43,969 nt of DNA from Escherichia phage SZH-1: sequence record NC_073319.1. One strand, 5' to 3'. Position numbers and translations under genes: made by a program. Shown piece after piece: positions 7,959 through 16,791 of the stretch (the stretch's first letter is position 1; each line of letters starts with the position of its first letter). The notes under the pieces are model-generated. The model ran no database searches. It saw only the letters and a program-made list of their open reading frames with translations, and had not been told where the DNA came from.

Positions 7959-8129
7959 ATGACACAGAATGAAGTAGCTGAGCGTATCGGGGTTACTCGC
8001 CGCACGCTGAATAACTGGTTAAAGAGCGGGAAGTTCCCGGATTGTTGTATCCGCATTATGGGTCGCCGCCAGCCTGGTACGTTCGACCCGGAGAAAGTGG
8101 AAGCGTGGATTAAGGAGAACGTGAAATGA
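7959..8129 (+). CDS. AlpA-like HTH DNA-binding protein
   Basis: ATG at 7959 (listed ORF begins at TTG 7926); MTQNEVAERIGVTRRTLNNWLKSGKFP matches the AlpA/excisionase-type HTH pattern. Confidence 0.6.
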   Translation: MTQNEVAERIGVTRRTLNNWLKSGKFPDCCIRIMGRRQPGTFDPEKVEAWIKENVK

Positions 8130-8359
8130 CCGAGTTCCAGTCACGTGTATTCACGGCGGTCGTTTCATTAACACGTAAAAAAGGGTCGTGCAGCGTTATC
8201 GACTTGCGCCGTAGTTATTTTAAGTACTATAGTTCAGCCGTTATTGAAGGGTCGTTAAAGGCGCTGGTTAAATATGGTGTCGTGAAAAACGTTGGCGGGA
8301 AATATAGTGCCGTTGCTGAAGTTCGCGGAATGGCGGCCACTTTAGAAGACCTGGAATAA
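8126..8359 (+). CDS. Hypothetical protein with C-terminal ...TLEDLE tail
   Basis: ATGA overlap with upstream gene; shares the acidic EDLE C-terminus with two other replication proteins. Confidence 0.5.
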   Translation: MTEFQSRVFTAVVSLTRKKGSCSVIDLRRSYFKYYSSAVIEGSLKALVKYGVVKNVGGKYSAVAEVRGMAATLEDLE

Positions 8360-8417
8360 AAGAAAGCCCCGACGCGGTGAACGCCGAGGCTAAATTACTT
8401 GCTGAAGGAAATACAAC

Positions 8418-10661
8418 ATGTCCGATGTAATTTTATCCTACTCGTGGTCTCGTCGCAACGCGCGGGCAGAGAAAAAGGATATAAACGTCAGAACTACACA
8501 CACGGCAACACTGGACGACCTGAAAGAGTTAATCCAGCCGCTCGATGCTGTTCGTGATGGGATTAACCCGAAGACCGCGCCCGGTTATATCACTGCCGCG
8601 TGTGACTCGACGCACAGCACCGTAAAAGACCCGGAAACAGGAGACTTTAAGCAGGCGCGTAAAGGCTTTTTCTATCGCTGCGACGCGTCTGTAAGCAAAT
8701 CGTCGCTGGCGTATCTGGACTTCGACAACGCAACGCCGGAAGAGTATCAGGAAGCGGTGCGCCTGGTTAAGCGCAGCCGCCGGGCTATGTGTCTCTATAC
8801 CACGGCATCACATACCGATGAGTCCCCGCGCTTTCGCGTCGTCATGCCGCTGGGCCACCCTGTTGAAGGCGGCGACATCATCCGCGTTCGCCATGGATTG
8901 TTGGAACACTTCTTCAAAGGTATGGGCGCCGACCGCAGCGGTTTTACCCTGTCCCAGCCGATGTACCTGCCGCCAGTTGGCTCTACCGTTATCTGGTCGC
9001 GTCGCAACGACCTGATTGACCCGGACGAGTTACTGGAAGGCATCCCGGATTACGAGGTAAGCAGCGCATCGGATTACCAGATACCGGAAGAACTGCGCAC
9101 CGTGTTTACCGATGCGTTCGAGGCACTGGCGTTTGAATACGGCGGCATCATGACACCACGCGGCCTTAAGATGCCAGCTACACCAGAACACGCAGAGAAC
9201 TACAGCGACCCGACCCCTCGCCCGGATGACTTCCTGCTGTGTTTCCCGCGTGAGGGCTACGAAGCGCCTAACGTAACCATGATTCACGACACCGACATTA
9301 CAGCAACCGAAGGAATGTCGCCGAAAGAGGTGTGGAGATACGCGTGCGATGCGACCGGGCTGCCATTCAGTGAAGTCGCCGAGGCTATCGGCTGGGGTGC
9401 ACGTGAATATGTCTCATGCAGCCTCGACGACCTGGAAGATGGTGATGAGGACTCAGAGGAGGACGAGTTACCGGAACCGGTAAAGGCTGATTTCGTCGTT
9501 GAGGGGTATATGCCGTCGGATTGTATCTGGGATATTGTTGGGGAATCAGGCACGTACAAATCATTCTATACGCTGGGTATGATGTATCTCAGCGCCGCCG
9601 GATACCGGTTTGCTGGCGCTGACACGCAGCGTTGCCACCACTTCTATATCGACGGTGAGGGGGGCGCAGCCACACGTACACGTATTGACGCGCTCGCGGC
9701 TAAATACGGCGCAGAGGGTAAAGATTATGTACACGTCATCGACATGGGCGAAGTCGGCAAACTTAAAAGCCTGATTAAGTTAATGCGCGAAACTGCGGGC
9801 GATGAACCTATCGGCATGGTCGCGTTCGACACCCTTAACCAGACCCTGGCCCTGACGATTGATAAGTTCGACGAGAACAGCTCATCAACGGCAATCGGTA
9901 TGGGTAAAGTTATCGCCATCCTGAAAGAAGTACGTGATGCGACTAAAGCCGCGGTGGGCGTCGTCCACCATACACCGAAGGGTGGAAAGAAAGCCCGCGG
10001 TAGTGGGGCGCTGTATGCGGGCGTCGACGTGGAACTGACAATCGAACGCGCCACTGACCGTCAGATAAACGTATACCACTCTAAATTTAAGCATGGGCCT
10101 CAACAGAAGACGGTTGGCATGGTGCTGGAGTCGGTACAGTTCCGTGAAGCGCCACCACCGAAAGAGTACCGTGCGGTTGAGTTCCTCGGTAGCACAGAGG
10201 AATACGGCACAATCGTAAACCTCGACCTGCCGGAACCGCACAAGGCGCTTGTGCTGATGCCGTGGGGCTTCGAGCCGTTCAAAACTGACGAGGAGAAAGA
10301 GCGGGAAGAAGGGATGACAAAGGAAGGTAAAGAAAACGTAAAGAATGCCGTAAAACGTGGGAAGGATGAAGGAAGGAAGGAATCCATACTCGCCGCGCTG
10401 GAAGACCTGCAACAGTCTGACGACACCGGACGAGGTTTTACCCAACGGCAGATAGTATCGAACTCGGGTGACCATGCCATCACTAACCACCATCTCGAGA
10501 AGATGCTGAAAGACGGTGAGTTGATGCTAGGATGTGATGCTAACGGCGAGGTTATCCCCGGTACATACCGGATACCGGAAAAGATGGGTGACAGATTAAG
10601 ACCGAAGACAATATACGAACCAAATGAAATGCTGGTGGTTACAGAGGAGGATTTGGAATAG
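8418..10661 (+). CDS. Primase-helicase-like replication protein
   Basis: N-terminal primase-like region with LDFDN; C-terminal RecA-like NTPase with Walker A GESGTYKS and Walker-B-like VAFDTL; ends VTEEDLE. Confidence 0.8.
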   Translation: MSDVILSYSWSRRNARAEKKDINVRTTHTATLDDLKELIQPLDAVRDGINPKTAPGYITAACDSTHSTVKDPETGDFKQARKGFFYRCDASVSKSSLAYLDFDNATPEEYQEAVRLVKRSRRAMCLYTTASHTDESPRFRVVMPLGHPVEGGDIIRVRHGLLEHFFKGMGADRSGFTLSQPMYLPPVGSTVIWSRRNDLIDPDELLEGIPDYEVSSASDYQIPEELRTVFTDAFEALAFEYGGIMTPRGLKMPATPEHAENYSDPTPRPDDFLLCFPREGYEAPNVTMIHDTDITATEGMSPKEVWRYACDATGLPFSEVAEAIGWGAREYVSCSLDDLEDGDEDSEEDELPEPVKADFVVEGYMPSDCIWDIVGESGTYKSFYTLGMMYLSAAGYRFAGADTQRCHHFYIDGEGGAATRTRIDALAAKYGAEGKDYVHVIDMGEVGKLKSLIKLMRETAGDEPIGMVAFDTLNQTLALTIDKFDENSSSTAIGMGKVIAILKEVRDATKAAVGVVHHTPKGGKKARGSGALYAGVDVELTIERATDRQINVYHSKFKHGPQQKTVGMVLESVQFREAPPPKEYRAVEFLGSTEEYGTIVNLDLPEPHKALVLMPWGFEPFKTDEEKEREEGMTKEGKENVKNAVKRGKDEGRKESILAALEDLQQSDDTGRGFTQRQIVSNSGDHAITNHHLEKMLKDGELMLGCDANGEVIPGTYRIPEKMGDRLRPKTIYEPNEMLVVTEEDLE

Positions 10662-10662
10662 G

Positions 10663-10689
10663 TAAAAAGAAAGGGGCGTTAAGCCCCTT
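10663..10689 (-). terminator. Terminator of the XRE regulator transcript
   Basis: Hairpin AAGGGGC-gttaa-GCCCCTT overlapping the XRE stop codon, followed on the minus strand by TCTTTTT. Confidence 0.45.
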
Positions 10690-10894
10690 CACCGAACGCC
10701 AGCCACTTGGCGTCTACTTGCAGCACTTCCGCCAGTTTAAACAGCGTTGCCGGGCGGACGTCCTGAGTTACCCCGAGTGCGAGCTGGTTAATCGCACCCT
10801 GGGAAACGCCGGCCAGGACAGCCAGACGGCGCTGTGAGATGCCGAGTTCTTTACGGCGTTGTTCTACACGGATGCCTAGTTCAGATGGTTGCAT
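10679..10894 (-). CDS. XRE-family (Cro/CI-type) HTH transcriptional regulator
   Basis: RRKELGISQRRLAVLAGVSQGAINQLALG is a classic XRE HTH; AAGGAG RBS; divergent from a consensus promoter. Confidence 0.75.
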   Translation of the reverse strand: MQPSELGIRVEQRRKELGISQRRLAVLAGVSQGAINQLALGVTQDVRPATLFKLAEVLQVDAKWLAFGEGA

Positions 10895-10922
10895 GTTAAT
10901 TACTCCTTAGTCAGTTGATATG

Positions 10923-10937
10923 TGAATAGTACCATAT
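10923..10937 (-). promoter_or_regulatory. Operator-like dyad GAATAG-tacc-ATATT with TACTAT -10 upstream of the XRE gene
   Basis: -10-like TACTAT at 10925..10930 on the minus strand; no clear -35. Confidence 0.4.
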
Positions 10938-10958
10938 TAATTATTTTAGAAAAGCCCA

Positions 10959-10988
10959 TTGACAACCTGAATAGTTAGCTATTATAGT
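10959..10988 (+). promoter_or_regulatory. Near-consensus sigma70 promoter TTGACA-N17/18-TATAGT with dyad GAATAG-ttag-CTATT in the spacer
   Basis: TTGACA at 10959..10964, TATAGT at 10983..10988; near-identical copy at 13237. Confidence 0.65.
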
Positions 10989-11019
10989 TAGCCCATACCA
11001 AACGAGAGGAGAGAAACAA

Positions 11020-11508
11020 ATGTTAGAACAATTTTTAAAATTACTGGAACGTTTCGTAGTTGCGCACGAACTGATTGCCGCGAATAGCGTGAAACAACCT
11101 GTGTATGAACTTAAGGCAGATGTAAACATCGCAGATAGTGTTCGTGATGTTGTTGTGAAAGAAGTAACGAAAGAAATCCCGGTAGAAGGTGAAGACACCG
11201 TTGACACTAAACCAGCAGAAGAAGAGAAGCCGAAGCGCAAGCCGCGTAAAGCTAAAGTAGAGGAGCCAACGCCAGAGCCGGAAGAAGAGAAAGAAGAAGT
11301 CGATTACCAGTCTCTGCGCGACCAGATTCAGGCTATCGACGATGCAATTAACGAAGGTCCGAGCGATGCCGCGTGCGATGATTCCGATGAACTGCTGGAA
11401 GAGTTTACCGGTAAGAAGATGAAGATTGCTGCGATTAAAGACGAAGACCTGGCTGAGTACCTGGAACGCCTGACGGCAATCAAGAACAAGTATTTTGAAG
11501 AAGAATAA
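11020..11508 (+). CDS. Highly acidic protein (162 aa)
   Basis: Long D/E-rich stretches, ends ...KYFEEE; first gene downstream of the consensus promoter. Confidence 0.55.
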   Translation: MLEQFLKLLERFVVAHELIAANSVKQPVYELKADVNIADSVRDVVVKEVTKEIPVEGEDTVDTKPAEEEKPKRKPRKAKVEEPTPEPEEEKEEVDYQSLRDQIQAIDDAINEGPSDAACDDSDELLEEFTGKKMKIAAIKDEDLAEYLERLTAIKNKYFEEE

Positions 11509-11514
11509 CTATCT

Positions 11515-11531
11515 GGCGGCCTTCGGGCCGC
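11515..11531 (+). promoter_or_regulatory. Intergenic RNA hairpin with UUCG loop
   Basis: GCGGCC-ttcg-GGCCGC followed by only TTT. Confidence 0.35.
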
Positions 11532-11551
11532 TTTAACTGAGGGTCGGAAAT

Positions 11552-11824
11552 ATGATTTACCAACTCTATCGCGCCGTAGACAGGCGGGATAACACAGAGG
11601 CGCTATGGCTATTGCGTGCGCCGTCCGGTGCGCACCAGATGGAAGAGATGGCGTACTTAGGCAAAGTACCGCGGCCTAAAGATATAGGCCGTCACGTGTC
11701 GCAGATTAAGCGCACGACTTTCGCAAAACCTGACTTTTATGTCTTCGAGTCGATGTATAGCTGGGCTATGCATTGCCAGCACCAGACCAGACATCTAATT
11801 GACCAGTGGGAGAACAGGGCATGA
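11552..11824 (+). CDS. Hypothetical protein (90 aa)
   Basis: ATG with GAGGG RBS; stop overlaps the next gene's ATG. Confidence 0.5.
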   Translation: MIYQLYRAVDRRDNTEALWLLRAPSGAHQMEEMAYLGKVPRPKDIGRHVSQIKRTTFAKPDFYVFESMYSWAMHCQHQTRHLIDQWENRA

Positions 11825-13062
11825 TTTTAAAAGAACGCGGCGGCAATAACGATGTTCACGCATTACTGTCGCCGTCAGGTGCTAAAAAATGGCTGTCATG
11901 CGCTGCATCACTGGCCTGTGAAAAAGATATTCCTAACACGTCCGGCAAAGCTGCCGTTACAGGTACCGCGTGCCACACCATAGCAGAGATGCACCTTAAC
12001 CAGTACATCAAAGGCACTGCACTGCCGTTAGAGCGTGAAGTTGGCGCTTACGTGCTGGATGAGGGTAAAGGCCAGATTAAGGCGCTAATCAGCCCGATGA
12101 AAGGTGCGGTGCTGATTACGGCAGACATGATTGAGCAGGTGCGCAAGTACACCGACTACTGCAAAGCTGTTATCGATGTAGCGACTTACGCCAAGCTCGA
12201 GATGCGGGTAAATCTTACTGAGGTATTGCATCCTGGTTACGAAGGCGTTGAGACGTTCGGAACCGCCGACCTTGTTGCCGTTCAGGAACTGGCTAACACA
12301 GACGAGCACATGCTTATTATCGGCGACCTGAAAACGGGACGCCATCGTGTTGAAGCGAAAGAAAACAAGCAGCTTATGCTTTACGCTCTCGGTGTTTATC
12401 GCAGACTCAAGAGACGTTATAACATCACCGTGGTTCGTCTGGTAATCTTCCAGCCGTACGCCGGGGGCGCGTCGGAGTGGGACATCTCGGTTGAAGGTCT
12501 GGAACTGTTCGCTAAGTTCGCGCAGAAACGTGCCCTGTTAGCGTTAGGTGCATATTTCCGCGGTAAGAAGAACCTGAAAGCGTCGGATTTCAGGCCGTCA
12601 GTAGATGGCTGTCAGTGGTGTCGGTTCTCTGAACAGTGTGCCGCGCGTACAAAAACCGTTAACGCGGTACTGGCGGAAGAACTGGAGGATGACTTTGCAC
12701 TGGAGCTTACACCAGAGCAACTTGTGGCTGAGTACGAGAAGTTGCCGTTGTTGCGCCAGCACATCGACAAGGTTGAGAAAGCTATGGCTGCCGCTTTGCA
12801 TTCCGGTAAGAAAGTGCCGGGGTACAAACTGGTTGAAGGTCGCCCAGGTAATCGTGCGTGGAAAGATGCGGAGAAAGTGGCAGAACTCTACGGCGACAAG
12901 CTGACTAAAGAAGTGCTCATGACGCCAACCGAAGCGGTTAAAGTTGTGCCAGAAGAAGAACTGAAAGACTTCATTACCCGTAAGCCTGGCGCGCCATGCG
13001 TCACAACGGCAGACGACAAACGTCCTGAGTGGAATCAGGTAACAGAGGAGGATTTAGAATGA
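11821..13062 (+). CDS. PD-(D/E)XK nuclease, Cas4/RecB-like, with 4-Cys cluster
   Basis: ATG at 11821; nuclease core ...DLVAV...IIGDLKTGRH...; Cys residues WLSCAASLAC and CQWCRFSEQC; ends VTEEDLE. Confidence 0.7.
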   Translation: MILKERGGNNDVHALLSPSGAKKWLSCAASLACEKDIPNTSGKAAVTGTACHTIAEMHLNQYIKGTALPLEREVGAYVLDEGKGQIKALISPMKGAVLITADMIEQVRKYTDYCKAVIDVATYAKLEMRVNLTEVLHPGYEGVETFGTADLVAVQELANTDEHMLIIGDLKTGRHRVEAKENKQLMLYALGVYRRLKRRYNITVVRLVIFQPYAGGASEWDISVEGLELFAKFAQKRALLALGAYFRGKKNLKASDFRPSVDGCQWCRFSEQCAARTKTVNAVLAEELEDDFALELTPEQLVAEYEKLPLLRQHIDKVEKAMAAALHSGKKVPGYKLVEGRPGNRAWKDAEKVAELYGDKLTKEVLMTPTEAVKVVPEEELKDFITRKPGAPCVTTADDKRPEWNQVTEEDLE

Positions 13063-13232
13063 TGGTTTATATTCTCACGCGGTATCACCGCCGATACTCT
13101 ATTCAAGAACTTGATATTGTTTCTGTTCACGCTAAACGCGCCGACGCCGACAAAATTGCGGAAGAGAAGAACTCAAAGCATGAGGCGGTGCAGCCCTATA
13201 TTTATAAGGTAGTTCCGAAGAAACTTAAATAA
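13059..13232 (+). CDS. Hypothetical protein (58 aa)
   Basis: ATG overlapping the upstream stop, preceded by GAGGAGG. Confidence 0.45.
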   Translation: MMVYILTRYHRRYSIQELDIVSVHAKRADADKIAEEKNSKHEAVQPYIYKVVPKKLK

Positions 13233-13236
13233 AGTG

Positions 13237-13265
13237 TTGACACCTGAATAGTTAGCTATTATAGT
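13237..13265 (+). promoter_or_regulatory. Near-consensus sigma70 promoter TTGACA-N17-TATAGT with the same spacer dyad
   Basis: About 30 nt identical to the promoter at 10959; upstream of the SSB-like gene. Confidence 0.65.
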
Positions 13266-13323
13266 TCTAATCACTGGCCGGGCAGTTTCCCGGAGTAAAC
13301 GAAACTGAAAAGCGAGAAATCAA

Positions 13324-13950
13324 ATGGGACTGAAATTAAATCTGCGTAAAGTAAACACTGCATGGGTTAACGTATTTGAACGCGAAAAAGACCGTGAAAA
13401 CGACGATGGCTCAATCACTAAAGGCCAGTACAGCGCGACTATTATCCTGCCGTCCGACCACGCACAAATCGACGCGCTCTACGACACCGTTTACGCTGTA
13501 GTTGAAGAAGCGTTAGGTGCAGCCGCCGCCGAGAAGTGGATGAAGTCCAACTACGGCGAAGGTAAGCACATGGATAAATGTGCGATTAAAGACATTGCCG
13601 AGCGTGACAATCCGTTTGAAGACTTCCCGGAGGGCTTCTACTTCAAAGCGAAGGCACAGAAACAGCCGCTGATTGTAACCTCTAAAAAAGGTGAGACTCA
13701 GGTAGAGCAGGACTTCAACGTAGACGGCGAACAGATTGAAGGTGAACAAGTTTACAGCGGCTGCGTCGCTAACGTAAGCGTCGAAATCTGGTTCAGCCAG
13801 AAATATAAAGTCCTCGGCGTTAACCTGCTGGCGATTAAGTACGTCGGGGAAGGTAAAGCGTTCGGTGGTTCTAAAGTCGCTGCAAGCGTCAACGACCTTG
13901 AAGACGACGAAGAGGATGAAGCGCCGCGCCGCGAACGTCGCCGTCGCTAA
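13324..13950 (+). CDS. T7 gp2.5-like single-stranded DNA-binding protein
   Basis: Blocks align by eye with T7 gp2.5 (YSATIILP, PLIVTSKKGE, GVNLLAIKYVGEG...FGG); acidic DLEDDEEDE then basic RRERRRR C-terminus. Confidence 0.55.
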   Translation: MGLKLNLRKVNTAWVNVFEREKDRENDDGSITKGQYSATIILPSDHAQIDALYDTVYAVVEEALGAAAAEKWMKSNYGEGKHMDKCAIKDIAERDNPFEDFPEGFYFKAKAQKQPLIVTSKKGETQVEQDFNVDGEQIEGEQVYSGCVANVSVEIWFSQKYKVLGVNLLAIKYVGEGKAFGGSKVAASVNDLEDDEEDEAPRRERRRR

Positions 13951-13970
13951 TATCTGAATCAATTTAACTA

Positions 13971-13992
13971 AGGCCCTTCATTGGGCCTTTTT
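13971..13992 (+). terminator. Intrinsic terminator after the SSB-like gene
   Basis: AGGCCC-ttcatt-GGGCCT followed by TTTTT. Confidence 0.6.
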
Positions 13993-14006
13993 ACTAAGGG
14001 TCGAAA

Positions 14007-14165
14007 ATGATGTTTTTCTGTAAGCACGTATACCGATATATGAAGCCACTTCCGTGGTACGCGGACGAGTACCGTGCCGGGTACAGGCATGTGTGGATTT
14101 GCCGTGATTGTATGAAAATAAGACTCAGCGAAACTAAGGCACTGGATTTAAGGAAAAAGAAATGA
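14007..14165 (+). CDS. Hand-called small ORF (52 aa) coupled to the polymerase gene
   Basis: ATG with AAGGG upstream; contains WICRDC; stop overlaps the polymerase ATG. Confidence 0.35.
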   Translation: MMFFCKHVYRYMKPLPWYADEYRAGYRHVWICRDCMKIRLSETKALDLRKKK

Positions 14166-16435
14166 GCTACTTATACCTGGACTTTGAAACATTCTCCGAA
14201 GCCGATTTAAAGAAAGTTGGCTCCTACGCTTATGCTGAACACCCGTCGACCGAAGTGCTCATCTGTACCTATGCTTTTGACGACAAGCCTGTGCATATAT
14301 GGGATTGCACAGACGGCAGCGACATGCCGGGTGATTTGCATCGCGCGTTACGCCGCCTGGTTAAGCCAAACAGCCGCATCAAGATGGTGTGGCACAACGG
14401 TGGACTTTTCGATAGGCTCATCATGAAACACTGCTGGGGCTTTGATATTCCGGTAAGCAATACCATCGACACTATGATTTGGGCGTTCCGTCACGCGCTG
14501 CCAGGGTCACTTGATGCGTTGTGCGAAGTGCTGGGCGTGTCTGCAGACAACGCGAAAGATAAACGCGGAAAGGCGCTGATTCAGCGTTTCTCTAAACCGA
14601 CGCCGAAGAACTACAAAATCCGCCGTTACACCGCTGAAACACACCCGGACGAGTGGGCGCTGTTCATCAAGTACGCCGTGAGCGACATCACTGCGATGCG
14701 TGAAGTGTTCCATAAGCTGCCGCGTTGGGGTAACTCCGAGTTCGAAGACCGCGTACTGGAACTGGACCAGTTAATCAACGACCGCGGGTTCTTTGTCGAC
14801 ACGGCTCTTGCGGAGGCGGCGGTAGCGGCAGTTGAACGCCACAAGCAAGAGCTAAAAAATGAGGCCCGCGCGAAATTCGGGGGGAAGCTAACGGGGAAAG
14901 ACTTCCTGCCCATCCTTCGGGAGCTGGCACCGGCCTACAATATTTATAATGCGCAGAAGGCAACGCTCGAAGGTTTGCTAGAGGACGACGACTTGCCTGA
15001 CGATGCGCGCACAATCATTGAGATGCGCCTCGGTGCGGCCTCCACGGCGTCGACAAAATACAAACCGCTCCTGCTAGGACGGTCCAAAGACGGGCGCCGC
15101 CGCGGTTGCATCCAGTACGGTGGGGCAAAGCGCACTTTACGATTTGCGGGTAAAGGGTTCCAACCGCAAAACCTGTCGCGCGGGTACTACCATGACGACC
15201 CGACTAACGAGGAAAAGAAACTTGTACGCCAGCCGTGGGAGTCCGACGAAGACTGGAACCGTCGTCTCAACCCCCTATCGTTCGGCATCAATCTGCTGCT
15301 AAAGGGTCGGGCGCATCGCCGTTTCGATGTGTCTAAACTAACGGCCTCGACTGTCCGCAGTTGCATCATCCCGGAAAAAGGTAATAAGTTGCTCGTTGCC
15401 GACTACTCAAACGTGGAAGGGCGCGGGCTAGCCTGGACGGCGGGGGAGACGTCCGCCCTTGAGACGTTCCGCGCGGGGATTGATATCTATTGCGCCACAG
15501 CTGGTAAGATGTTCGGCATGGACCCCGTAGAACTAAAAGCCACCCGTAAGGACCTACGTCAGGTCGGGAAATGTTGCGAGCTTGGCCTCGGCTATGAGGG
15601 GGGTGTAGGGGCCTTTATGACTATGGCTAAAACTTACGGGCTGGACCTCTTTAAAATGACAGAGACAATGCGGGGCACGTTCCCCGACCACATTTGGGCG
15701 GCTACCGCCCGTGGCTACGAATGGGCCAGAATTCAGGAGGCTAAACGCCCGCCAAAGCCTGGTAAAAAAGATGAACGGGCCTCTTATGTGCTGCCTAAAG
15801 AAGTCTGGCGCACCTGCGACGCCATTAAGCGCATGTGGCGGGAAGCCCATCCGGAAACAGTGAAATTCTGGAATGACCTTAAGGATTCGGTGATAGCCGC
15901 CATTAGAAATCCGGGACGAGAGTTTTGGGCGGGGGCCCGAGTACGCCTTAACGGCGACAGAGCCATCCGCATCTGGCGTACTAAAGAGAAAGACAGACAG
16001 GGTAACTTTGTGCCGGGTTGGTGGTTGTGCGTGGAACTGCCGTCTGGGCGCATCATGTCCTACCCTGGTATAGGCTTAAGCGTCACTAAAGAGACTGACG
16101 AGGATGGGCGCGTAACAACTAACGTTCGCATTAAGTACCAGGGCGAAAATCAGACCACCCGCCAGTGGACAACTTTGTACACCCACGGCGGAAAATTGTG
16201 TGAAAACATCATCCAGGCGTTGTGCCGTGATTTACTGGTTAACGGACTCCTGACGGTCGAGGCGGCGGGCTACCCAATTGTACTCCACGTACATGACGAA
16301 TGTGTTGCCGAAACGCCAGACACGCCAGAGTACACGGTTAAAGAGATGGGTGACCTGCTATGCTCATTACCTGAGTGGGCCGAAGGGTTCCCGTTAACAT
16401 GGGCTGGGGAAGAGGTGTACCGTTATGCTAAGTAA
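14162..16435 (+). CDS. Family A DNA polymerase with 3'-5' exonuclease domain
   Basis: Exo motifs YLDFETFS, HNGGLFD, YAVSDI; polymerase motifs ADYSNVEGR, RQVGKCCELGLGYEGG, VLHVHDE. Confidence 0.9.
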   Translation: MSYLYLDFETFSEADLKKVGSYAYAEHPSTEVLICTYAFDDKPVHIWDCTDGSDMPGDLHRALRRLVKPNSRIKMVWHNGGLFDRLIMKHCWGFDIPVSNTIDTMIWAFRHALPGSLDALCEVLGVSADNAKDKRGKALIQRFSKPTPKNYKIRRYTAETHPDEWALFIKYAVSDITAMREVFHKLPRWGNSEFEDRVLELDQLINDRGFFVDTALAEAAVAAVERHKQELKNEARAKFGGKLTGKDFLPILRELAPAYNIYNAQKATLEGLLEDDDLPDDARTIIEMRLGAASTASTKYKPLLLGRSKDGRRRGCIQYGGAKRTLRFAGKGFQPQNLSRGYYHDDPTNEEKKLVRQPWESDEDWNRRLNPLSFGINLLLKGRAHRRFDVSKLTASTVRSCIIPEKGNKLLVADYSNVEGRGLAWTAGETSALETFRAGIDIYCATAGKMFGMDPVELKATRKDLRQVGKCCELGLGYEGGVGAFMTMAKTYGLDLFKMTETMRGTFPDHIWAATARGYEWARIQEAKRPPKPGKKDERASYVLPKEVWRTCDAIKRMWREAHPETVKFWNDLKDSVIAAIRNPGREFWAGARVRLNGDRAIRIWRTKEKDRQGNFVPGWWLCVELPSGRIMSYPGIGLSVTKETDEDGRVTTNVRIKYQGENQTTRQWTTLYTHGGKLCENIIQALCRDLLVNGLLTVEAAGYPIVLHVHDECVAETPDTPEYTVKEMGDLLCSLPEWAEGFPLTWAGEEVYRYAK

Positions 16436-16556
16436 ACTGATTATCGCAGTACTGGCGGGATTTGCCACCGGTGTCTACTGTCACGAGGGCCAATACGGCA
16501 TGATTGTAGCCGTATTAGGTATGTTCATCGCAATTTATCTGTGGGTGCTGGAATGA
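16425..16556 (+). CDS. Hand-called tiny membrane peptide (43 aa)
   Basis: MLSKLIIAVLAGFATGVYCHEG...; first of three ORFs linked by ATGA overlaps. Confidence 0.3.
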   Translation: MLSKLIIAVLAGFATGVYCHEGQYGMIVAVLGMFIAIYLWVLE

Positions 16557-16642
16557 AAATCTACTGGTTCTATGAAGAAGACTGTCGAATCTGTCCGCGC
16601 TGCGGGATTGAGCACACGAAACGTGAGGGGTGTGTATTATGA
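16553..16642 (+). CDS. Hand-called tiny zinc-ribbon-like peptide (29 aa)
   Basis: MKIYWFYEEDCRICPRCGIEHTKREGCVL; ATGA overlaps on both sides. Confidence 0.3.
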   Translation: MKIYWFYEEDCRICPRCGIEHTKREGCVL

Positions 16643-16791
16643 CAATGTTTGTATTTTGGACAATAGTAACCATGCTTGCACTGTTACTCGGGGCGGGAAT
16701 AGCCACGATGTTCTGTTATGGCCTGTTCTTTAAGTTTGTCGGTGTTGCCGTTCTAGGAGGGGCTTTCCTTACTTGGGTTCTACGCCCATGA
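16639..16791 (+). CDS. Hand-called tiny membrane peptide (50 aa)
   Basis: MTMFVFWTIVTMLALLLGAGIATMFCYG...; stop overlaps the VRR-NUC ATG. Confidence 0.3.
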   Translation: MTMFVFWTIVTMLALLLGAGIATMFCYGLFFKFVGVAVLGGAFLTWVLRP

